Source: Abditibacteriaceae bacterium
GTDB lineage: Bacteria; Armatimonadota; Abditibacteriia; Abditibacteriales; Abditibacteriaceae
Direction: 5' to 3'
Assembly: GCA_031425655.1 (NCBI GenBank)
Contig: JANPJS010000006.1
Coordinates: 1 to 21,757 of the forward strand
Length of the DNA stretch: 21,757 nt
The position numbers and the translations under genes are program-made. Positions within the stretch are counted from its first letter, which is position 1. The number at the start of each line of letters is the position of its first letter. Positions 8,213-16,512 of the stretch are shown piece by piece. The notes under the pieces are model-generated. The model did not search any database, was not told the origin of the DNA, and was given only the letters and a program-made list of their open reading frames with translations.

Positions 8213-9853
8213 CTATCCCGCTGGCATCAATATAATGCGCGCTTCGCCGTTTTGCTGTTGTAAAACGACGTGTTTTTGCCAGTGCGCGTCGTCAAGCTGT
8301 GCGTAATCGCTGCGAAAATGCGCGCCGCGACTTTCCGTTCGCGTGAGCGAAGCCTGCACGACCAGCCGAGACACGGCGATCATATTGGCCAACTCCACAG
8401 CGTCGCGCTGCGCGACAGGCTGGCCAAAAGTCGTTTGCAACTCGTCTAAGAGGGCTATCGCTTTGTCTAAACCTTCGCCATCGCGCACTAGCCCGGCGTA
8501 GCGCCACATCAGTTCTTGCAGCGATTTCCGCGCTTTTTCAATCTCTTCGGCGGAACGCTCCACGGATGCGGGCGCCGCCCCATCAACCGAGAAATCGCAG
8601 CCGGTATTGGCGAATTTTTCTTTCATATCGCGCGCCGCGTGGACGGTGCGAATACCGAAAACCAAGCCTTCGAGCATCGAATTACTGGCTAATCGGTTGG
8701 CGCCATGCACGCCGGTGCAGGCGCATTCGCCGCAGGCCAAAAGCCCCGGCACGTTGCTGGCGCCGTTCAAATCGGTGCGGATGCCGCCCATCATGTAATG
8801 CACGGCGGGCGAAACCGGAATCGGCTCAATGGCCGGGTCAATGCCGTAAGCCACGCAGGTCGCGTAAATCGTCGGAAAACGCGCCGCGATTTGCTGCGCG
8901 GTGTTTTGCGTCAGGTCGAGAAACACCCAATCTTCATCGCTTTTGTGAATTTCAAGCGCAATCGCGCGCGAAACCACATCGCGCGGCGCCAGTTCGGCGT
9001 CTTCGTGATAGCGCGGCATGAAACGCTCGCCTTTTGCGTTCAATAAAATCGCGCCCTCGCCGCGCACCGCTTCGGAAATTAAGAATTTGGGATGATCGGG
9101 GCCTTTGGCGAACGATGTCGGATGAAACTGCACGAACTCCATGTCCATAAGCTGCGCCCCGGCGCGATAGGCCATCGCCATGCCGTCGCCGGTCAGGACA
9201 GGCGGATTTGTCGTCACCTTATAAAGCGCGCCTAATCCGCCCGTTGCGACAATCGTGGCCAGTCCACAAAACAGAATCAACTCGCCGGTGTTTTCATCCA
9301 ATGCCAGCGCACCGCGACAGCGCCCGTCACTGATGAGCAAATCAATCGTCAGCGTGTCCTCAAAGACCGAAATGCCTTCGCTTTGCAGCACTTCGGCATT
9401 GAGCGAGCGCTGCACTTCGCGCCCCGTCGAATCGCCCTGCGCGTGAACGATGCGCCGCGCCGAGTGCGCCGCTTCGCGCGTGAGCTTCAATTCGCCTGAC
9501 GGTTCGGTATCGAAGTGCGCGCCTCGCGCGATGAGTTGGCGCACTTGGCGCGGGCCTTCTTCGACTAAAACGCGCACCGCGTCGCGGTCGCACAGTCCGG
9601 CGCCGGCTTCCATGGTGTCTTGCAGATGCAACGCAGATGAGTCGAGGGGTTCGGGTGCAAGGGCTGCCGCAATGCCGCCCTGCGCCCATTGCGTCGAGCC
9701 GGCGCCGATTTTTTCCTTCGTCAGAACGGCGACCGAGCCGTGTGGCGCCAATTCTACAGCGCACGAAAGCCCCGCGACGCCGGAGCCGATAATCAGGAAG
9801 TCAAAGGTTTCCCGGCGTAGCGTGGCCGGATCGAAAGCAAGAAGGGCACTCAT
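8213..9853 (-). CDS. nadB: L-aspartate oxidase (NAD biosynthesis)
   Basis: IIGSGVAG, WAQGGIAA, EAAHSARRIVH, EFVQFHPT, LISEAVRGEG, ELAPRDVVSRAI, HYMMGGI, GVHGANRLASNS and ESRGAH motifs; 546 aa. Confidence 0.95.
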   Translation of the reverse strand: MSALLAFDPATLRRETFDFLIIGSGVAGLSCAVELAPHGSVAVLTKEKIGAGSTQWAQGGIAAALAPEPLDSSALHLQDTMEAGAGLCDRDAVRVLVEEGPRQVRQLIARGAHFDTEPSGELKLTREAAHSARRIVHAQGDSTGREVQRSLNAEVLQSEGISVFEDTLTIDLLISDGRCRGALALDENTGELILFCGLATIVATGGLGALYKVTTNPPVLTGDGMAMAYRAGAQLMDMEFVQFHPTSFAKGPDHPKFLISEAVRGEGAILLNAKGERFMPRYHEDAELAPRDVVSRAIALEIHKSDEDWVFLDLTQNTAQQIAARFPTIYATCVAYGIDPAIEPIPVSPAVHYMMGGIRTDLNGASNVPGLLACGECACTGVHGANRLASNSMLEGLVFGIRTVHAARDMKEKFANTGCDFSVDGAAPASVERSAEEIEKARKSLQELMWRYAGLVRDGEGLDKAIALLDELQTTFGQPVAQRDAVELANMIAVSRLVVQASLTRTESRGAHFRSDYAQLDDAHWQKHVVLQQQNGEARIILMPAG

Positions 9854-9978
9854 GGATTGCTTTTATTTTAGCGCGTAGCGCCCGTCGTGACGCGCCCAAC
9901 GCCGCGAAGCACGATTTCTCTTTTCGGCAAGGCCCAAAATGTGTCACAATCGTAGCACCGAAAGAGAGAAAAATCTCC

Positions 9979-12900
9979 ATGACATCACTGCTCCGACACA
10001 GCATTTCGCCAACTGATATTTCGCAGTTCATCCGCCTTGACCAGTGCGAGCGTTATTTGAAATTGCGCTTGCAAATGCGCTCCGGCGACACCCGCTTTTT
10101 GCACGAAGGCGGCGTCGTGCCGCAATCCATCCCGCCGCTTCTCACACGTTCGGGCGCCGAGTTTGAAGCGCAAGTCGAAGCGTGCCTGACGCAGCATTTT
10201 GGCGTGCATAATTGCGCTTCAGCGCCGCGCGACGGCAGCGACAACGCGCGCGTGCTCTCACTGGCCCAAAACCTCGCTCCGGGCGAAATTCTTATCGTGA
10301 TGCAGCCGCGACTATTGGTGGGAATCGGCGCATGGCAACTGCGCGGCGACTTAGATATTCTGCGCCTCGAACGCGACGATCAGGGCGTTTTGCACGCGCT
10401 GATCGTGGACATGAAAAGTTCGGCCAATGCTAAAAACGAGCATCGTTTACAGGTGGCGTTTTATCATCGCATGGTCGAATCGCTGTTTGGGAAAGCCGGA
10501 ACGAGCCTAAAAATCCAAACCGGCGTGCTTTATCGCGGCGGCGAAAGCGAAGACTTTACCGACGAAGAGAAAGCGAAATTAGCCGAACAGCGCGCCGTGT
10601 CCGCGCGATTTTTCGGCAGCGATGAATGGCCGCTGGAAATCGTGGCCGACGGAGAAGCGTTTCTCGATGTCGTGGAATCTTTGGTCACTGCTTCCGATTC
10701 GCGCGCTGCCCAAATCGCCGCTGAGGAGCAGTTTGGTTCGCTCAAAGCGCACCTGACTTATAAATGCGACGGCTGTTTATTCAACGAATTTTGCCTGAAA
10801 TGGAGCGCCGAAAACGACGATTTATCGCTTCTCCCACACCTCAAAGCCGAAGAGAAAATCGCGCTGCGAAATTCCGGCATTCAGCGCATCGCGCAGTTGG
10901 CCGAATTGAAAGATTTGCAGCCGCTTTCCGCCGCCGACCGCCACGACTCACAAAGCGCAACGCGCAGCGAATTAACTGTTGCGCCCGCGCACCGCGAAAC
11001 GGTGCATCAATTAGCCGCAACGTGGCCGGTCGGCCCGCGACTTGACGAATTGATTCACCGCGCGCGGCGCTATCGCAAGTGGAAAGGCGACGAAACGGAA
11101 TCGCTGAGTTACATTCCCGGCAAAGGTTACGGCTCGCTGCCGTATTGCGACGAAAATCAAAATGCCAATTTAGTCACCATATTTATAGACGCGCAGCACG
11201 ATTATTTAAATAACCGCATCTATTTATTGGGCGCTTTAATCGTCGGCCACGAAGCGGGCGAAATATGCGAACGAAAATCTATCGTGCATTTAACCGATGG
11301 CCCACCGAATACGCCCGAAAAGGAGCGCGATTTATTCGCCGATTTTGCGCGCGATTTATTGTTGGCCGTCGGCGAGTGTGCCAAGCCCGATGACAATTTG
11401 GAACTCGCGGTGCCTTTGCATCTGGTGTTTTTCAACGGCTTCGAGCAGCGTTTATTATTAGAAGGTTTGGGCCGTCATTTATCAACGATATTCGCCACGC
11501 CGCTTTACGATTTCGTGACGCAGCGCGCCGCCTTCGATTCATCTCTCGTGACGTTTCTCGATCAGGAAATCCGCGATCACAAAAACTATCCGTTGCTGTG
11601 CCAATCGTTGCAGGCCGTCGCCGAACATACGCAGTTTAAGTGGGACGAGCCGGAAAATTATCGAAGTATATTCCGCACGCGTTTATTCGATTATTGGAAA
11701 TCGTTGGACGAAGAAATGCCGCTCGACCGCGCCGACGTGCCCTGGTTCACGGGCCGTTCGCGTTTTAATTCGCAGATTCCTCTCGAATATGCCTACGCCG
11801 CGTGGGACGATTTGCCGGTTCAAACGCCCGATCCGTTTGCCACTTATCGCCAATCTACGCCGGAATTATTGCGCGGTTTCCACGCGCGGCGACTGGAAGC
11901 GATGGAGCATATCGCGGCGCAATTTCAAGGTAATAAACAAACCGAAAAAACGCCGTTTATTATTCCCGCCGATTTATCGGCTTATCGCGATTTCGCGGGC
12001 GATTTCGCGCAAGCTTTAGAAGAGTTTCTTACTATTGAGCGCCACGTCGAATTGGGCGCATGGAAAAGCGCGCATTTATTGGCGCCCGAACGCCGCTTGT
12101 TGGCTGGCGACACGTTAATTGCTGAGTTGCGTGACGAAGATCAAAGCGAAGAAACGCAACGCAATTTCGCCTTAGCGCGCGAATTGCAGCCGCAACTGGA
12201 AGCATGGAGAGAGGCCAATCCCGGCGCTAAAATGCCGCGCGAAATCGGCAAAGAATTGAAGTGGACGCACAAAGACCAAGTCGTGAAAATGCGCCTGACC
12301 TGTGCAGACGCCGACTGTAATATTGAAACCGCGCTTTCGCTGTGCGCCGCCAATATGCGCCCCGGCGCGACCGTAATTTTAGCGCCACGTCTGACAACCG
12401 ACAGCCGCTTGCCCGCAGCCGAGCGCCAATGGTTCACGCCGACACCCAAACAACTGCTTTACGGCTGGCGCGCGGAAATTCAAGAAATAAAAATCGAAGA
12501 CGATGGCGCGTGGCTGACGCTGAAACTCAACGAAGCCAACGGCAGTTTCGACCGCGCCGGATATTCGTTCGGCACTATCAAAAAGCCGCTCGAAGCCGGG
12601 CTATTCACTTTGGATAGTTGCCCGAATAATTGGTATGGATATTTCAACGCCAAAGTTGTCGAGGGTTTGGTTAAAGGCGAGCAAAACACGCTTTATTCGC
12701 GGCTCTTGGACGCGCAAGATCAGGCTTTCGCGCCGTTCTGGCCCGAAATCGCACAAGACGCGCAGCGGCGATTTTTGCGCGGCCTCGACCAGCTTTCCAA
12801 GCACGACGAAAAATATATTTTTGAAAGCGGAAAGCAAAAATATATCGGCGAATTTGGCGATGCGCCGCTGCTTTTAATACAAGGCCCGCCTGGCACAGGC

Positions 12901-14307
12901 AAAAGCTACGCGACGGCTTTCGCGCTGTTTGCGCGTTTGCAAGGCGCGTTCGCGGCGGGGTTGCCGTTCCGCGCCTTTTTCGGCTGCAAAACGCACGCGG
13001 CGACAGACGAATTGCTGAAAAACGTCGTCAAAGTCAAAAAAACACTGCGCGAAATTCAAGCAAAATATCCCGAAATATTCGAGGAGTATTTCGATGAGCG
13101 CCTGCTTTTCGTGCCGCTGTTTCGCGCCGGGCGCGAGGAAGATTACGTCGCCGCTTTAAGCGAAAGCGAAACCGTCGTTGCGCTGCCCAAAGGCGATAAA
13201 CGCGCCGCGCGAGTGCTGGATGAATTGCCGTGCGCTTTTGTCGCCACGACGCCGGGCGGCGTTTATCGGATGCTCAAAGACGGCGGCGGGCTGTGGGAAT
13301 GGGATTTCTGTGATTGCTTGGTTTTAGACGAAGCTTCGCAAATGAACCTGCCCGAAGCGATGATGGCGGCCTTAGCGCTTTCGGCGCAGGGCCAGATTAT
13401 CGTGGTCGGCGATCATCGCCAGATGCCGCCGATTGTCAAGCACGACTGGGATTTCGAGCCGCGCCGCACCTTCAGCGAATTCAAAGCCTTTGCCTCGCTT
13501 TTTGAAACCATGCTGCCGCTTGTGCAGCAGTTCGAGCCGCCAGCTTTGATTCAATTTGAAGAAAGTTTTCGCCTGCACGCCGACATGGCCGAAGTGCTGC
13601 GCCGCGAAATCTACGCGCAGGACGGCATTCATTATTACTCGCGCAAAACCGGCGTTTTGCAAGAAGGCACTTATTCCGACGACTTTGTGCAAGCCGTTTT
13701 GCGTCCCGATCATCCAATAGTTATTGTGGTTCACGACGAGCAGCAAAGTTTGCTTTCCAACGACTTCGAGCGTGATTTAATGGCGCCGATTTTAGCCGCG
13801 CTCTCGCAAATGCAGTTTGAGGCGAATTGCGAAACGTTGGACGATAAACCGTCGCGCGAAAAAGTCGTGAAAGACGGCTTGGGCGTTGTCGTTCCGCACC
13901 GCGCGCAACGCGCCGCATTGCAAGACAAAGTGCCCGAACTGAGCGTGCGCGACGAAGAAACCGGCCTTGTGACTTTGAGCGCCGTTGACACCGTCGAGCG
14001 TTTTCAGGGCGGCGAACGCGACGCCATCGCCGTCGGCGCGACGGAAAGCGATCCTCAATATTTACTGGTATCCGGCAAGTTTTTGCTCGACCCACGCCGC
14101 CTGACGGTTGCCCTCAGTCGCGCCCGCAAGAAAGTGATTTTAGTCGCCTCGAAATCGGTTTTTGAGATTTTTAGCGCCGACGAGGAAGTGTTTCAGAACG
14201 CGCTGATTTGGAAGAACCTGCTGCGCCGAACCTGCACCACGCCGTTATGGCAAGGTGAACGCGACGGCATCGGCGTGACGGTTTGGGGCAACGGGGCGGA
14301 GGAATAG
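9979..14307 (+). CDS. Cas4/RecB-like PD-(D/E)xK nuclease + HhH + RNase H-like domain + Upf1/Dna2-like SF1 helicase fusion (TM0106-like architecture)
   Basis: N-terminal SPTDISQF...C, GDLD...IVDMKSS...QVAFY and CDGC...C (1+3 Cys, Fe-S-like). HhH-like LRNSGIQRIAQLA. IFIDAQ acidic strand. Helicase motifs QGPPGTGKS (12880-12906), LDEASQ, VGDHRQMPP, TVERFQGGERD and RRLTVALSRAR. Confidence 0.85.
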   Translation: MTSLLRHSISPTDISQFIRLDQCERYLKLRLQMRSGDTRFLHEGGVVPQSIPPLLTRSGAEFEAQVEACLTQHFGVHNCASAPRDGSDNARVLSLAQNLAPGEILIVMQPRLLVGIGAWQLRGDLDILRLERDDQGVLHALIVDMKSSANAKNEHRLQVAFYHRMVESLFGKAGTSLKIQTGVLYRGGESEDFTDEEKAKLAEQRAVSARFFGSDEWPLEIVADGEAFLDVVESLVTASDSRAAQIAAEEQFGSLKAHLTYKCDGCLFNEFCLKWSAENDDLSLLPHLKAEEKIALRNSGIQRIAQLAELKDLQPLSAADRHDSQSATRSELTVAPAHRETVHQLAATWPVGPRLDELIHRARRYRKWKGDETESLSYIPGKGYGSLPYCDENQNANLVTIFIDAQHDYLNNRIYLLGALIVGHEAGEICERKSIVHLTDGPPNTPEKERDLFADFARDLLLAVGECAKPDDNLELAVPLHLVFFNGFEQRLLLEGLGRHLSTIFATPLYDFVTQRAAFDSSLVTFLDQEIRDHKNYPLLCQSLQAVAEHTQFKWDEPENYRSIFRTRLFDYWKSLDEEMPLDRADVPWFTGRSRFNSQIPLEYAYAAWDDLPVQTPDPFATYRQSTPELLRGFHARRLEAMEHIAAQFQGNKQTEKTPFIIPADLSAYRDFAGDFAQALEEFLTIERHVELGAWKSAHLLAPERRLLAGDTLIAELRDEDQSEETQRNFALARELQPQLEAWREANPGAKMPREIGKELKWTHKDQVVKMRLTCADADCNIETALSLCAANMRPGATVILAPRLTTDSRLPAAERQWFTPTPKQLLYGWRAEIQEIKIEDDGAWLTLKLNEANGSFDRAGYSFGTIKKPLEAGLFTLDSCPNNWYGYFNAKVVEGLVKGEQNTLYSRLLDAQDQAFAPFWPEIAQDAQRRFLRGLDQLSKHDEKYIFESGKQKYIGEFGDAPLLLIQGPPGTGKSYATAFALFARLQGAFAAGLPFRAFFGCKTHAATDELLKNVVKVKKTLREIQAKYPEIFEEYFDERLLFVPLFRAGREEDYVAALSESETVVALPKGDKRAARVLDELPCAFVATTPGGVYRMLKDGGGLWEWDFCDCLVLDEASQMNLPEAMMAALALSAQGQIIVVGDHRQMPPIVKHDWDFEPRRTFSEFKAFASLFETMLPLVQQFEPPALIQFEESFRLHADMAEVLRREIYAQDGIHYYSRKTGVLQEGTYSDDFVQAVLRPDHPIVIVVHDEQQSLLSNDFERDLMAPILAALSQMQFEANCETLDDKPSREKVVKDGLGVVVPHRAQRAALQDKVPELSVRDEETGLVTLSAVDTVERFQGGERDAIAVGATESDPQYLLVSGKFLLDPRRLTVALSRARKKVILVASKSVFEIFSADEEVFQNALIWKNLLRRTCTTPLWQGERDGIGVTVWGNGAEE

Positions 14308-14350
14308 ATGTGGCTGTATGAAAGCTCAAAGTTTGAGGCTGCCAAAGATT

Positions 14351-14446
14351 CTTACAGCCAATCCAGGACTTTGACAGTTAATCAGTGATCGTTGACAGCA
14401 AATTCAAAGGCTCCGACAATCAATCTGAGATGTCTGACAGTCAATC
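14351..14446 (+). repeat. Five 13-bp degenerate direct repeats at about 21-bp period (consensus YTGACAGYCAATC)
   Basis: CTTACAGCCAATC 14351, TTGACAGTTAATC 14371, TTGACAGCAAATT 14392, CCGACAATCAATC 14413 and CTGACAGTCAATC 14434. Spacings are 20, 21, 21 and 21 bp. Confidence 0.85.
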
Positions 14447-14466
14447 CAAAAGGAGCATAGATAACT

Positions 14467-16512
14467 ATGGATAAAACTGCACATAGCACGCAGAAAATTG
14501 AGCATCGTGGTGTGGAGGATGATGTAACTCGAATGGCGCAGCGAATTCGGGAAAACAAGAAGAATAAACCAAATCTAATTGAGGAGGCAGAGAGCCTTGA
14601 GGATTTGTTTCAAATTGCTAAAGCGATGGTAGCCCAGACCCCGCGAGAAAAGCGGGGCGAGACATCAATGTCGGAATGGATGGCGAAAGTGTTTAGACGG
14701 GCAGCAAAAGAGAAGAAGCCGCCCGAAGTTATCAATTCAGACATTTATAACCTACTTAGAATTAGCTCGCGGTTGTTTCTGCATAAAAAGCAATTTTTGC
14801 GGTTGCCTAACTTTTGTAAAGAGTTAATTCGGCAAGGCCAAATCAATCAAAACGAAGCGATTGCATTGACGCAAGTGGCACTTGGGCCTGACTTGGAAAA
14901 CAAGCAGTGTGCTTTTGCTCGCGAGATGGCGGAGGCGAGGCTGTTACGTAAGCCGTTCACAGAGAAGCAACGCAAAGAACGACTCAATTCTCTTGGAAAA
15001 CGAAGTCCCAATGGAAGTAAAGAAACTGAAGAGCTAACAAAGTTGAATGAGACGTCCCAAGTTTTGGATGAATCTTTAGCCAGTAAAAATGTGGCTTCTG
15101 TTATTAGGTTATCGCCTCTGCCGCCCAAAACTTTCCCGCTCAACCAAATTCTCTACGGCCCGCCGGGGACGGGGAAAACGTATGCGACGATTCGGCGCGC
15201 GGTGGAAATCGTGGAAGGCACGGCGCCGCAGGAACAGCGCGAATGTAAGGCGCATTTTGACGCGCTGATGAACGCCGGGCGCATCGCGTTTGTGACGTTT
15301 CATCAATCGTTTGCCTACGAAGATTTCATCGAAGGCATTCGACCGGCGCCCGAAGGCGACGGCGCGGCGCGCTATGAACTGCGCGACGGGCTTCTCAAAG
15401 AAATCGCTTTGCGCGCTTTTGGCGCCTGCCTCGAAGCGACGCGGCCCCGCGAAGCGACATTTCAGGACGTGTGGAACGCTCTGGTTAAACAAGCCGAAAA
15501 CGATCCCGAATGGTTTTTGCCGGGGCTGGGCAGCAGCAAATACAAAATCTGGTTCACCGGCAGCGGCGACGTGATGGGCGATAATATCGCGGGCAAAGGC
15601 GTCTACTGCGCCCCACGTCAAAAACTTGAAATGCTGTGGGACAAACTGCGCGACAGGCCCAAAAGCGCGACGGCTAAAGAAATCATGGAGGTCATTCACA
15701 AGGGCAGCCATGTTTACTTTTTGAGCGCGATTCTCCAGGAATTGAAGCGATTGAAGCCGCTCGCCGGCGCGCCCTCCACCGATGCGCCTTCGCGCGAGGC
15801 GATTGTGACGTTTTTAGGCGGAGGCGATGAATACCACTTAAAAATCACGTCGCCGCCGCGTTTTGTGCTGATTATTGATGAAATTAATCGCGGCAACATT
15901 TCCAAGATTTTGGGCGAACTCATCACGCTGCTCGAAGACGACAAACGGCTGTCCAATGACCCCGACAGCAATAGTCTGAAAGTGACGCTGCCGTATTCGG
16001 GTGAAATGTTCGCGCTGCCGTCGAATCTGCACGTTTTAGGCACCATGAACACGGCGGATAAAAGTCTGGCGCTTGTGGATGTGGCGCTGCGCCGTCGCTT
16101 CGACTTTGAAGAACTGGCGCCCGATTGGAGCGAAAAGGTGTGCAAAAAACTCACGCCGGAAATGCGCGCTACTCTGGTCGAACTGAACCGCCGCATCACG
16201 CTTCGCAAAGACCGCGAACACCGCATCGGCCACGCTTATTTCGTGAAAGTAGCAACGCAAGGCGAGTTCGACCACGTTTTTCACAAGCGCGTGATTCCCC
16301 TCTTGCAGGAGTATTTTTTCAACGATTGGGACGGTTTACGCTTCGTTTTGGGCGAAAAAGGCGCTTCCGGGCGCTTTATTGTGCCGTTGGACGGCTCGCA
16401 GCAACTCAAAGTGCGTAATCACTGGGCTTGGTGGTTCGACGAGAATCCCGGCGACGGCGCCTGCTTCGAGTGGTTGAAAGCCAATTACGCGGAGAAAAGC
16501 GATGGCGCCTGA
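14467..16512 (+). CDS. mcrB: McrB-family AAA+ GTPase with a ParB/Spo0J-like helical N-terminal domain
   Basis: AGGAG RBS. Walker A ILYGPPGTGKT (GPPGTGKT at 15157-15180), FVTFHQSFAYEDFIEG, Walker B LIIDEINRGN, McrB signature MNTAD, ALRRRF, IGHAYF and IPLLQEYF. Confidence 0.93.
   Translation: MDKTAHSTQKIEHRGVEDDVTRMAQRIRENKKNKPNLIEEAESLEDLFQIAKAMVAQTPREKRGETSMSEWMAKVFRRAAKEKKPPEVINSDIYNLLRISSRLFLHKKQFLRLPNFCKELIRQGQINQNEAIALTQVALGPDLENKQCAFAREMAEARLLRKPFTEKQRKERLNSLGKRSPNGSKETEELTKLNETSQVLDESLASKNVASVIRLSPLPPKTFPLNQILYGPPGTGKTYATIRRAVEIVEGTAPQEQRECKAHFDALMNAGRIAFVTFHQSFAYEDFIEGIRPAPEGDGAARYELRDGLLKEIALRAFGACLEATRPREATFQDVWNALVKQAENDPEWFLPGLGSSKYKIWFTGSGDVMGDNIAGKGVYCAPRQKLEMLWDKLRDRPKSATAKEIMEVIHKGSHVYFLSAILQELKRLKPLAGAPSTDAPSREAIVTFLGGGDEYHLKITSPPRFVLIIDEINRGNISKILGELITLLEDDKRLSNDPDSNSLKVTLPYSGEMFALPSNLHVLGTMNTADKSLALVDVALRRRFDFEELAPDWSEKVCKKLTPEMRATLVELNRRITLRKDREHRIGHAYFVKVATQGEFDHVFHKRVIPLLQEYFFNDWDGLRFVLGEKGASGRFIVPLDGSQQLKVRNHWAWWFDENPGDGACFEWLKANYAEKSDGA

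Noticed and set aside
14351..14446. Mini CRISPR array
   Set aside because: Repeats are 13 bp and degenerate with 7-8-bp spacers, far too short. The only Cas-like feature nearby is a Cas4-like domain within a helicase fusion.
14308..14460. Small ORF or 7-aa repeat peptide (MWLYESS...LTVNQ*SLTANSKAPTINLRCLTVNPKGA*)
   Set aside because: An in-frame stop interrupts the repeats, as it does in the reverse-strand IDCQ-like frame. A non-coding role is more parsimonious.
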